A stretch of 22,130 bases of DNA, taken from positions 1 to 22,130 of the forward strand of contig JAVVHL010000007.1 in the NCBI GenBank assembly GCA_032249575.1, given 5' to 3'. The DNA comes from Candidatus Calditenuis sp. (GTDB lineage Archaea; Thermoproteota; Nitrososphaeria_A; Caldarchaeales; Calditenuaceae). Both the position numbers and the translations under genes were made by a program. The notes beneath the pieces are model-generated. The model was not told the DNA's origin. It searched no databases and was given only the letters and a program-made list of their open reading frames with translations. Within the stretch, counting starts at the first letter, position 1. Every line of letters begins with the position of its first letter. Below are positions 7,654 to 15,268 of this stretch, in pieces.

Positions 7654-8023
7654 TCACCTCCTCTGGCTCCTCAGTCTCGACGAAGACGTCTATCCAGCCT
7701 ATCTCCGGCAGCTCGTCCAGCTCGAGGAGTGAAGCTGTGCCCACGTAGGCCGCCTGCTTGCTGAGCATGAAGTGGACCAGCTTCTCGCCGGAGAAGCCGC
7801 GCATGATCCTCTCCGCCGCGGCCCTCACCTTCCTCCTCCTCAGGTTCTCCTTCAGGTAGCTGAGGGAACCCAACTCCTCGGATTCGCCCTCGATCAGCTG
7901 TCGCTGGCCGACGCTCTTGAGCTCGAACCGGATGGTCGGGAAGAGCTTGGCGAGGGCCCTCATCACCTTCTCCGGGTCCTCGGTCGATTTCAGCTCGGCG
8001 ACCACCCTCACCCTTACCCTCAT
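7631..8023 (-). CDS. UPF0201 / COG1931 archaeal RNA-binding-domain protein
   Basis: MRVRVRVVAELKSTEDPEKVMRALAKLFP... matches the family hallmark (v.v.a.v.pTED.eKV..Al.nlFP) at about 130 aa. The ORF is open to TTG 8035. ATG 8023 is 28 nt downstream of the minus-strand box GGGTTGAAAGC. The 3' end overlaps the convergent SnoaL-like gene by 23 nt. Confidence 0.65.
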   Translation of the reverse strand: MRVRVRVVAELKSTEDPEKVMRALAKLFPTIRFELKSVGQRQLIEGESEELGSLSYLKENLRRRKVRAAAERIMRGFSGEKLVHFMLSKQAAYVGTASLLELDELPEIGWIDVFVETEEPEEVIRWLTER

Positions 8024-8130
8024 CCCGCATTTCAACCGTCCTCGACGCTTTCAACCCTGTCTGCTCCGAAAGACTCGATTACGTGGGAAGCAATCGGATT
8101 GAAATACGAGCATAACGGTGTTATGGCGAC

Positions 8131-10599
8131 ATGGGCGCTCAGGCGATAAGCTTCGACTACAGCAAGTACAACTTCAGGGACGAGGTCCAGCCGGTTTACA
8201 GCACCAAGCCAGGTCTCTCGGAGGAGGTGGTCGACGAGATCTCGAGGCTTAAGGACGAGCCGGAGTGGATGAGGAGAAGGAGGCTCGAGGCCTACAGGAT
8301 ATTCCTGCAGAAGCCGATGCCGACGTGGGGAGCTGACCTGAGCTCTCTCGACTTCCAGAAGATGAGGTATTACGTGAGGCCGACCGAGGGGAAGTACAGG
8401 AGCTGGGAGGAGGTCCCGGAGTACATCAAGCGGACCTTCGAGAGGCTCGGGATACCTGAGGCAGAGCGGAAGTTCCTGGCGGGTGTAGGCGCGCAGTACG
8501 ACTCGGAGGTCGTCTACCACAACGTCCGGAGGGAGCTGGAGAAGCTCGGCGTGATCTTCTGCGACATGGACACTGCGGTCCGCGAGTACCCTGAGATCGT
8601 CAGGAGGTACTTCGGCACCGTCGTCCCTGCCGACGACAACAAGTTCGCCGCGCTGAACACCGCGGTCTGGAGCGGAGGATCCTTCGTCTACGTGCCGGAG
8701 GGCGTTGAGGTCGAGTTCCCTCTTCAGGCCTACTTCAGAATCAACGCTGCCAACATGGGACAGTTCGAAAGGACCCTGATCATCGCTGAACCTTACAGCA
8801 AAGTACATTACATTGAGGGGTGCCTTCCGGGCGACGAGCTTGTGCTGAAAGGCGACACCGTGAAACCCATCAGCGAGCTGATGCCCGGTGAGATCGTTCT
8901 CAACGGAGCTGGCGAAGAGACGGTGGTCAGGGCCGTCAGGATCAGGGACTATGAGGGCGAGCTGGTCGAGATAGTTCCCCTGTCACCCGGCAACGCGTTC
9001 CGTCTAACACCGGACCATCCGGTGCTGGTGGTGAGACGGGAGCAAGTGGCCGTCAGGAGGAGGCGCAGGTACAGGCTCGTCGAGACGGACTCTAAGAAGT
9101 TCGAGGGAGTAAGGCCGGAATACGTCCCGGCGGGCGAACTCCGCGAGGGCGACTTCCTGGTGTATCCGGTGAACAGGGAGGTGGAGGACGATCCGAGGTT
9201 CACCGAGGACGTCTTGAAGCTGCTCGGTTACTACCTCGCTGAGGGATCGGCCTTCATACACAAGTCATTGGGGGTGCCTGTTGTCGAGTTTTCCTTGGGG
9301 GCAGATGAGCAGGACATCGTCGAGGAGATAGCTGCATTGATAGAAAAGATTTCGGGGAAGAGGCCCTCTGTTATAAGCTACCGGGAGAGGAAGTCGGTAA
9401 CAGTCGTGACCTATTCCAAGACCGTCTATGACCTCTGCGTCAACGAGTGTCCCGGTCACTCGCACGATCGCGCACTCAGCCGGCGGATCATGAGGCTCCC
9501 ACCGGAGAAGCAGAAGGTGCTGCTGGAGGCCTACCTGAAGGGTGACGGGAGCGTCTACGTGAAGGGCAGGAAGCTGGTGAGGGCTTCTACCGCCTCCAAG
9601 ACGCTCGCCTTCCAGCTCCAAGAGATGCTGGCCAGGCTGGGCATCTTCGCCAGCATAATGGTCAGGAAGGGAGGGGAGGACCGGATAGGAGGGAGGAGAA
9701 TCGTGAGGAGGGACCAATACGTAATCGCGTTCTCGCCCAACAAGAGGTGGAGCGAGGTCAGGCTGGTCGACGGGTTCTTCTACGTCCCGATAAGGAAGGT
9801 GAGGAGGGTCAAGTTCGCAGGTAAGGTATACAATTTGGAGGTGCTCGGTCCCCACGATTCGTACTTAGCCAGAGGATTTGTGGTTCACAACTGCACTGCG
9901 CCGATTTACAGCACCGAGAGCCTCCACGCTGCGGTGGTAGAAGTGATAGCGATGAAGGGGGCGCATGTGAGGTACACGACGCTCCAGAACTGGAGCACCG
10001 ACGTCTACAACCTCGTGACGAAGAGGTCCTTCGCTTACGAGGGGGCGACGGTGGAGTGGGTCGACGCGAACATCGGGAGCAAGGTCACGATGAAGTACCC
10101 GAGCGTTTACCTGCTCGGGAGAGGTGCGAGGGCCGAGATCCTCTCGGTGGCCTTCGCTGGCAGGGGCCAGCACCAGGACACGGGAGCGAAGGCGGTCCAT
10201 CTGGCACCGGACACCACCAGCAGGATCACCTCGAAGTCGGTCTGCAAGGACGGCGGCCGCGTCACCTATAGGGGTCTCCTCCACGTAGCGAAGGGAGCGA
10301 AGAGGGTCAAGTCCAGCGTGAGGTGCGACTCGCTGATACTCGACGACAGGTCGAGGACAGACACTTATCCGTACAACGAGATACAGGAGGACGACGCGAC
10401 GGTCACGCACGAGGCAACTGTGGGCAGGATCGGAGAGGACCAGCTCTTCTACCTGATGAGCAGGGGCATACCGGAGCAGGAGGCGCTCAACATGATCGTG
10501 CTAGGGTTCTTCGAGGGCTTCACGAAGACGCTCCCGATGGAGTACGCCATCGAGTTCAACCGGCTTATAGAGCTGGAGATGAGCGGCAGCGTCGGCTGA
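8131..10599 (+). CDS. sufB: Fe-S cluster assembly protein SufB, containing an in-frame intein (extein 465 aa)
   Basis: N-extein FERTLIIAEPYSKVHYIEG and C-extein CTAPIYSTESLHAAVVEVIAMKGAHVRYTTLQNWS...VEWVDANIGSKVTMKYPSVYL...DTGAKAVHLAPDTTSRITSKSV...SRGIPEQEALNMIVLGF are classic SufB blocks. EG|CTAP is contiguous in intein-free SufB. Confidence 0.92.
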   Translation: MGAQAISFDYSKYNFRDEVQPVYSTKPGLSEEVVDEISRLKDEPEWMRRRRLEAYRIFLQKPMPTWGADLSSLDFQKMRYYVRPTEGKYRSWEEVPEYIKRTFERLGIPEAERKFLAGVGAQYDSEVVYHNVRRELEKLGVIFCDMDTAVREYPEIVRRYFGTVVPADDNKFAALNTAVWSGGSFVYVPEGVEVEFPLQAYFRINAANMGQFERTLIIAEPYSKVHYIEGCLPGDELVLKGDTVKPISELMPGEIVLNGAGEETVVRAVRIRDYEGELVEIVPLSPGNAFRLTPDHPVLVVRREQVAVRRRRRYRLVETDSKKFEGVRPEYVPAGELREGDFLVYPVNREVEDDPRFTEDVLKLLGYYLAEGSAFIHKSLGVPVVEFSLGADEQDIVEEIAALIEKISGKRPSVISYRERKSVTVVTYSKTVYDLCVNECPGHSHDRALSRRIMRLPPEKQKVLLEAYLKGDGSVYVKGRKLVRASTASKTLAFQLQEMLARLGIFASIMVRKGGEDRIGGRRIVRRDQYVIAFSPNKRWSEVRLVDGFFYVPIRKVRRVKFAGKVYNLEVLGPHDSYLARGFVVHNCTAPIYSTESLHAAVVEVIAMKGAHVRYTTLQNWSTDVYNLVTKRSFAYEGATVEWVDANIGSKVTMKYPSVYLLGRGARAEILSVAFAGRGQHQDTGAKAVHLAPDTTSRITSKSVCKDGGRVTYRGLLHVAKGAKRVKSSVRCDSLILDDRSRTDTYPYNEIQEDDATVTHEATVGRIGEDQLFYLMSRGIPEQEALNMIVLGFFEGFTKTLPMEYAIEFNRLIELEMSGSVG
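8821..9891 (+). mobile_element. Intein (357 aa) with LAGLIDADG homing-endonuclease domain
   Basis: Starts at Cys (CLPGDELVL, block A). Block B TxxH is present in FRLTPDHPVLV. The two LAGLIDADG motifs are LLGYYLAEGS (9220..9249) and LLEAYLKGDGS (9520..9552). Block F/G is VYNLEVLGPHDSYLARGFVVHN, followed by +1 Cys (TGC 9892..9894). The length is a multiple of 3 (1071 nt). Confidence 0.9.
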
Positions 10600-10605
10600 C
10601 CGAGC

Positions 10606-10610
10606 TTTTT
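10606..10610 (+). terminator. Oligo-T tract downstream of sufB (archaeal-type terminator candidate)
   Basis: TTTTT begins 7 nt after the sufB stop. Archaeal RNA polymerase terminates at oligo-T runs. A 7-bp inverted repeat CCGAGCT(10600-10606)/AGCTCGG(10641-10647) also flanks it. Confidence 0.35.
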
Positions 10611-10794
10611 CCCTGTCCGGATCTCTCGCGTTAAACCCTCAGCTCGGCTTCCAACCCTGTTTGTTTTGTGTGCCCATCGGGACGGAACGCGTAAACATGG
10701 AGTATATGCTGGCATATGCCGATAAATGCCCTAACGTGGAATACGTTCAGGCTATACGAAGGCGCTAAATCCGCAGGACTCCGACATCAGGACG

Positions 10795-11298
10795 GTGATA
10801 GGGTTGGAGGCAACCACGTTCCAGAGGTCCGGAAGGCTCGAGACGAAGCAGCTGGAGGTGGTGTTAGTGCCGGTTTTCGAGGGCGTCAACTCGGAGAGGG
10901 CTGTGATGGCGGCCGCGGAGCAGGCGAGGACATCGGGGAAGGAATTGATGCTTATGGTCGTCGTCGAGGTGCCGAAGTCCCTGCCTGAGGGCTTCAGCGA
11001 GTACGCGAAGACGGAGTGGAGGGGAGAGGAGCCGAGGTGGCTTTACGCACGCCTCAAGGGCGAGGAGATCGTCAGGTCTTTGGAGGGAGTTCTGAGGGAG
11101 AGCGGCGTCCGGTACGATTACGTGATAGAGACCTACGACTCCTTCAGTTACACCGTAAAGGGCAACGGTTATTGCAGGCCGTATAGAGCGGTGCTCCAGA
11201 TACCGACGAAGCTCGCCCCCAAGAAGGCGAGGAAGGCGTTCAAGCAGGTCCTCAGCATCCTCGAGGAACTCAGGATACCGATAACGCTGGTGCCCTGA
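10795..11298 (+). CDS. USP-like (adenine-nucleotide alpha-hydrolase fold) protein, degenerate
   Basis: LEVVLVPVFEGVNSERAVMAAAEQARTSGKELMLMVVVEVP resembles the beta1-alpha1-beta2 start of universal stress proteins. I cannot see the C-terminal G-x2-G-x9-G(S/T) ATP motif. GTG 10795 is 28 nt downstream of GCGCTAAATCC (10763..10772). Confidence 0.4.
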   Translation: MIGLEATTFQRSGRLETKQLEVVLVPVFEGVNSERAVMAAAEQARTSGKELMLMVVVEVPKSLPEGFSEYAKTEWRGEEPRWLYARLKGEEIVRSLEGVLRESGVRYDYVIETYDSFSYTVKGNGYCRPYRAVLQIPTKLAPKKARKAFKQVLSILEELRIPITLVP

Positions 11299-11352
11299 CT
11301 ACCGTCCCTGAGCCGATCTCGGGCTTTTAACCCAGCCCCTACTTCTACGTTT

Positions 11353-12009
11353 TTGGGAGTGACCAAGGAGAGATGGCTCGCTGAAAGGAGAAGTGACCCT
11401 TGGCACAGGAAGGCCAAGGAGGAGGGCTATCCGTCGAGGGCGGCCTACAAGCTGATCTTCATCCAGCAGAAGTATCGCGTCATCAAGAGGGGCGACCTCG
11501 TGGTGGACTTGGGCTCCTGGCCGGGCGGGATGCTCGCGGTGGAGTCGCAGACGGTAGGACCGGAGGGCCTAGTGGTCGCGGTGGACCTGAAGGAACCTGC
11601 CTTCAGGGCCGAGAACGTGGTCTTCCTGCGGATGGACGTGAACGACGCCGACGCTCCCTTCGCGATCCTCTCAGCGCTCGGGAACAGGAGGTGCGACGTG
11701 CTCGTCTCCGACGTCTCGCCTAAGTTCACGGGCGTGAGGGACGTCGACGTCTTCAACCAGCTGATGCTGGGGATAAGGGCCCTCGAGATCTCGGACGTGG
11801 TCCTCAGGAGGGGAGGGAACGTGGTGATCAAGTTCTTCGAGTGCGAGGAGCTCCCGAGGATAGAGAGGAGGCTGAGGAACGGTTTCAGGTTCCTCAAGCG
11901 CGTCATCACGCCCCCCACCCTCAGGAAGAACTCTTCTGAGCTCTTTTTGGTCGGGATCGGTAAGCTGACCGACAGGGTCTCGGACGGGCTCGCAGAGCTG
12001 GCGAGATGA
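11353..12009 (+). CDS. rlmE: 23S rRNA 2'-O-ribose methyltransferase RlmE/FtsJ
   Basis: DPWHRKAKEEGYPSRAAYKLIFIQQKYRVIKRGDLVVDLGSWPGGMLAV (SAM-binding motif), VLVSDVSPKFTGVRDVD and NVVIKFFE match the FtsJ/RrmJ family in order. The start is TTG 11353 or GTG 11359. TATA-like GCTTTTAACC is at 11323..11332. Confidence 0.85.
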   Translation: MGVTKERWLAERRSDPWHRKAKEEGYPSRAAYKLIFIQQKYRVIKRGDLVVDLGSWPGGMLAVESQTVGPEGLVVAVDLKEPAFRAENVVFLRMDVNDADAPFAILSALGNRRCDVLVSDVSPKFTGVRDVDVFNQLMLGIRALEISDVVLRRGGNVVIKFFECEELPRIERRLRNGFRFLKRVITPPTLRKNSSELFLVGIGKLTDRVSDGLAELAR

Positions 12010-12010
12010 G

Positions 12011-13045
12011 TCAGGGAGAACCCCGGACGAACCTCGGCCTCGGATACGAGAGGTTCAGGGCCACCTCGGCGATGTCGGTCGAGTACTCGACGACCCTCTT
12101 GACGTTGTCGTACAGCACCCTGAGGGCAACCTGAGATCCAATGGGCAGCCTCCGCTCGAGCGTCTTCACGAAGAGCCTTTCCAGCTCCCGCAGGTACTCG
12201 GAGGCGTCATCGATCAGCTTCTGCGAATTCTCCGCGTCCGGTTCAAGGACCGCATCCACCGACCTCCGGAAGTACGTTGTGCATGCGAAGCAGTCGTTGT
12301 AGAACTCACCGAAGGAATTGACGTCGAGGTTCCGCTCCAAAGTCAGCAACGCTACGTTGGTCGCATGGTCCGCAACCCTCTCGATGCTCCGAGCCACCAT
12401 CGTGTACCCGAGGAGGAGCTGGGGCTCATCGATCTCAAGCGGTTGGAGTATCCTAGGATCGATGATCGTCAGGTTGGTCAACCTGACCATGTAATGGTAG
12501 AACCGGTCCACCTCGTCGTCCCTGTCTATCAGGTCCTGCACCTCATCTCTTGAAGGGTTGGCCAGCAGCGAGAGCGAGTCCTGGACCATGCCTGCAGCTA
12601 TCGTCCCCATCCTCGAGATCACCTGCCTCGGAGGCAGATCCCTGTGAAGCTGGACCACGTTCAGCACGATCCCGTCGAGCCTCTCGTCGACGACCTCGAC
12701 GCCTGCCAGCCACCTCCTAGCCGTCTCCTTTATGCCCCTCAGGATGCCTGGAGCGGCGCCGTCGAGCTTGATCCTGATCGAGGAATAGCCGGCCAGATAG
12801 AGCGAGATCAGCGACCTCACGGCCACGTCCAGCGTCGCGTTCTCCCGCAGCTCGAGCACGCCCTCGTTCAGCGCGGCGTCCGCAGGGATCATCGTGACCG
12901 GACCTGTTGGCAGCACAACCATCGTCACCTCGTCGCCCTTGCCGAGGCCGAACTGCTCGGCCCACTCCTTCGGCAGAGAGACGATCAGCGTCGAGCCACC
13001 GGTCACCTGTAGCCTCCGGTTGAAGGTCCTCATTTCGTCCTTCAA
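12011..13045 (-). CDS. AbrB/SpoVT-domain plus PhoU-domain fusion protein (putative phosphate-responsive regulator)
   Basis: The N-terminus RRLQVTGGSTLIVSLPKEWAEQFGLGKGDEVTMV is a SpoVT/AbrB swapped-hairpin DNA-binding domain. The C-terminal part has two PhoU-like repeats ending in SIERVADHATNVA and RVVEYSTDIAEVA (the E/D-R-x-x-D-h motif). ATG 13033 is the more likely start than TTG 13045. The gene is divergent from pstS. Confidence 0.8.
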   Translation of the reverse strand: MKDEMRTFNRRLQVTGGSTLIVSLPKEWAEQFGLGKGDEVTMVVLPTGPVTMIPADAALNEGVLELRENATLDVAVRSLISLYLAGYSSIRIKLDGAAPGILRGIKETARRWLAGVEVVDERLDGIVLNVVQLHRDLPPRQVISRMGTIAAGMVQDSLSLLANPSRDEVQDLIDRDDEVDRFYHYMVRLTNLTIIDPRILQPLEIDEPQLLLGYTMVARSIERVADHATNVALLTLERNLDVNSFGEFYNDCFACTTYFRRSVDAVLEPDAENSQKLIDDASEYLRELERLFVKTLERRLPIGSQVALRVLYDNVKRVVEYSTDIAEVALNLSYPRPRFVRGSP

Positions 13046-13180
13046 TATAGAGATGAAGGGTGCTATATAGTCTGATATTTTTAGCCCGTCCTGTTGCGGC
13101 TCAATAGTCTATTTGTAGCTCTATATAGCAAGTCCGTCATCTATAAATTCAGTCGGGCCTGAGGGGAGATCGCGAAGGAC
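13046..13180. promoter_or_regulatory. A/T-rich divergent promoter/operator region between the AbrB-PhoU gene and pstS
   Basis: The palindromic octamer CTATATAG occurs twice (13063..13070 and 13121..13128). ATAGTCT occurs twice (13066..13072 and 13104..13110). A further TATA-like TCTATAAATT is at 13140..13149. Local GC is far below the window average. Confidence 0.55.
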
Positions 13181-14311
13181 ATGATCGGAATCCGGAATTC
13201 GAGGATCGGCATGGCACTGAACGTGATGGCGGTGGCGATGCTCGTGGCCGGGCTGCTGGTGGGGTTGGCGATCGGGTTCGGCGTCGGAATGGTGGGCGGC
13301 GGAGGCGAGAGGGTCGTGACCGTAACTGTTGGCGGAGGCGAGAGGGTCGTGACTGTTCAGCGTACCGTGACCGTTACTGCTGGAGGAGCTACGACGCCGG
13401 TTAAGCTCAGCGGCAAGATCGTCATAGACGGCTCCAGCACCGTCTACCCCCTGACTGAAGCCGCGGCTGAGGAGTTCATGAAGCTCCACCGAGACGTCCA
13501 GATCACCGTAGGCATCTCCGGAACGGGCGGAGGTTTCAAGAGGTTCGTCATCGGCGAGACCGACATCAACGACGCTTCCAGGCCGATACTGAAGTCCGAG
13601 GCTGAGATAGCGGCCAAGAGCGGCGTAGAGTGGATCGAAGTCCCGGTGGCCATAGACGGCCTCGTGGTGGTCGTGAACCCGCAGAACGACTGGGTCGATT
13701 GCATAACGATATCGGAGCTGAGGGAGATCTGGAAGCCAGACAGCAAAATAACCAAGTGGAACCAGATAAGACCGGAATGGCCGGATGCGCCTATCAAGCT
13801 GTACGGAGCAGGACCCGACTCCGGCACCTTCGACTACTTCACGGAGCGTGTGGTGGGCAAGACTAAGGCCTCCAGGACCGATTACGTGGCATCCGAGGAC
13901 GATAACGTTCTGGCAGAGGGAGTTGCGGCTGAAAAGTATGCACTCGGATACTTCGGTTACGCCTACTACTACGAGAACCCCGGGAGGCTCAAAGCGTTAA
14001 AGGTCAAGGACGACGCCATACCCGGTGCCGAGTGCGTTGAGCCCAACGACGATACGGTGAGCCGGTTCGTTTATCCGCTCTCCAGGCCGCTCTTCATCTA
14101 CGTCAACAAGAAGATGTGGAACGAGAAGCCCGCCCTCAGGGAGTTCGTGATCTTCTATGTCGAGAACGGCGCGAGGTTTGCCAAGAAGGTGGGCTACACA
14201 CCGCTGCCGGCCGACTACTACAAGGTCGCTGCAGCTCTGCTTAGGGCGGGGATGATTGACGGGCTATACGGTTTGACGACCGTGGTCCTGAAGAACGCAG
14301 GTCCTCACTGA
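13181..14311 (+). CDS. pstS: Phosphate ABC transporter substrate-binding protein PstS (membrane-anchored)
   Basis: N-terminal TM anchor MALNVMAVAMLVAGLLVGLAIGF, then IDGSSTVYPLTEAAAEEF, ISGTGGGFKRFVIGETDINDASRPI and the GAGPDSGTFDYF motifs typical of PstS/PBP2. It is the first gene of pstSCAB-phoU. Confidence 0.9.
   Translation: MIGIRNSRIGMALNVMAVAMLVAGLLVGLAIGFGVGMVGGGGERVVTVTVGGGERVVTVQRTVTVTAGGATTPVKLSGKIVIDGSSTVYPLTEAAAEEFMKLHRDVQITVGISGTGGGFKRFVIGETDINDASRPILKSEAEIAAKSGVEWIEVPVAIDGLVVVVNPQNDWVDCITISELREIWKPDSKITKWNQIRPEWPDAPIKLYGAGPDSGTFDYFTERVVGKTKASRTDYVASEDDNVLAEGVAAEKYALGYFGYAYYYENPGRLKALKVKDDAIPGAECVEPNDDTVSRFVYPLSRPLFIYVNKKMWNEKPALREFVIFYVENGARFAKKVGYTPLPADYYKVAAALLRAGMIDGLYGLTTVVLKNAGPH
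13298..13363 (+). repeat. Tandem 33-nt (11-codon) duplication inside the pstS linker
   Basis: GGCGGAGGCGAGAGGGTCGTGAC occurs at 13298..13320 and again at 13331..13353 (23/23 identical). It encodes GGGERVVTVTV / GGGERVVTVQR between the membrane anchor and the binding domain. Confidence 0.9.
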
Positions 14312-14314
14312 ACG

Positions 14315-15268
14315 GTGGCGGAAAACGAGGTAGGAATCATGGCCGAGCAACAGAGGTCCGTTATTTTTTTGGGTTCTAAATCCATCCATCGCCGGAACCT
14401 GATAAACAGGGTCGCCCAGTCCACCTTTTTGTTGGCGTCGCTGGTCTCCACGGTCGCACTCATCGTGATCTTCTTTACGCTGATCACAGAATCGATATCG
14501 TTCTTCACCCACGTCAGCGTCATCGAGTTCCTTACGGGGACCAAGTGGACGGTGCTCTTCGCTGAGAAGCACTTCGGAATACTGCCGCTGCTCAACGCGA
14601 CGCTCATCACGTCGGCTATCGCTGTTGCAGTCGCTGCACCGGCAGGGCTCGCGGCTGCCATCTATCTGAGCGAGTACGCGGGGAATAGGGCGAGGGGTCT
14701 CCTCAAACCCGTCCTCGAGACCCTCTCAGGAATACCGACGGTGGTTTACGGGTACTTCGCCCTCTACTTCGTCACGCCTCAACTCCTGAGAGGCCTGATA
14801 CCCGATCTCGGAATACACAACGCGCTCGCCGTCGGGCTCATGATCGGCGTGCTCGTCATGCCAATCGTAGCCTCCCTCAGCGACGACGCCATGAAGGCGG
14901 TACCGGAGGACCTCAGGATGGCGGCCTACTCGCTCGGCGCAAGGAAATACCAGGTGGTACTGCGGGTGGTCGTTCCTGCTGCCCTCTCAGGCATAATGGC
15001 CTCGGTGATTTTGGCCTTCGCGAGGGCGATGGGCGAGACGATGATCGCAGCCATAGCCGGCGGCTTCAGGCCCATACTCTCGTTCGACGTCAAGGAGGCC
15101 ATGCAGACCATGCCCTCGTACATCGCCCAGGTCGCAACCGGTGACGCGCCGCACGGAACGATCGAATACCAATCCCTCTTCGCGGTCGGGCTCTTCCTCC
15201 TGCTGATCACGGCTGCCCTGAACTTCATCGGCGTAAGGGTGGTGAGGAGATGGGAGATCAGGTATTGA
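14315..15268 (+). CDS. pstC: Phosphate ABC transporter permease PstC
   Basis: Multi-TM protein with the EAA-type loop (MAAYSLGARKYQVVLRVVVPAALSGIMASVILAFARAMGETM), positioned between pstS and pstA. ATG 14339 is an alternative start. Confidence 0.88.
   Translation: MAENEVGIMAEQQRSVIFLGSKSIHRRNLINRVAQSTFLLASLVSTVALIVIFFTLITESISFFTHVSVIEFLTGTKWTVLFAEKHFGILPLLNATLITSAIAVAVAAPAGLAAAIYLSEYAGNRARGLLKPVLETLSGIPTVVYGYFALYFVTPQLLRGLIPDLGIHNALAVGLMIGVLVMPIVASLSDDAMKAVPEDLRMAAYSLGARKYQVVLRVVVPAALSGIMASVILAFARAMGETMIAAIAGGFRPILSFDVKEAMQTMPSYIAQVATGDAPHGTIEYQSLFAVGLFLLLITAALNFIGVRVVRRWEIRY

Noticed and set aside
8049-8063. Near-identical 15-mers flanking sufB (TTTCAACCCTGTCTG at 8049..8063 and TTCCAACCCTGTTTG at 10649..10663) as possible target-site duplications or a shared operator
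   Set aside because: My rough estimate is that a 13/15 match between about 1.5 kb of intergenic sequence is expected about once by chance. The first copy is explained as the minus-strand TATA-like box (GGGTTGAAAGC) of the UPF0201 gene. No other mobile-element hallmarks surround sufB.
8032-8808. Long reverse-strand ORFs antisense to real genes (8032..8808, 1228..2052, 9265..9855, 9865..10410, 14926..15840, 16374..17039, 18254..19144, 19855..20544, 2864..3346)
   Set aside because: They have Arg/Pro/Gly/Leu-rich, low-complexity compositions typical of shadow ORFs in high-GC DNA. Each lies fully inside a gene with strong family motifs on the other strand, and none has recognisable domains.
10716-10988. 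ORF 10716..10988 (+, 90 aa) as a separate small gene upstream of or overlapping the USP-like gene
   Set aside because: It is Gly/Arg-rich and out of frame with the better-supported 10795..11298 ORF, and its ATG lies inside the palindrome/TATA region. It is most likely non-coding.
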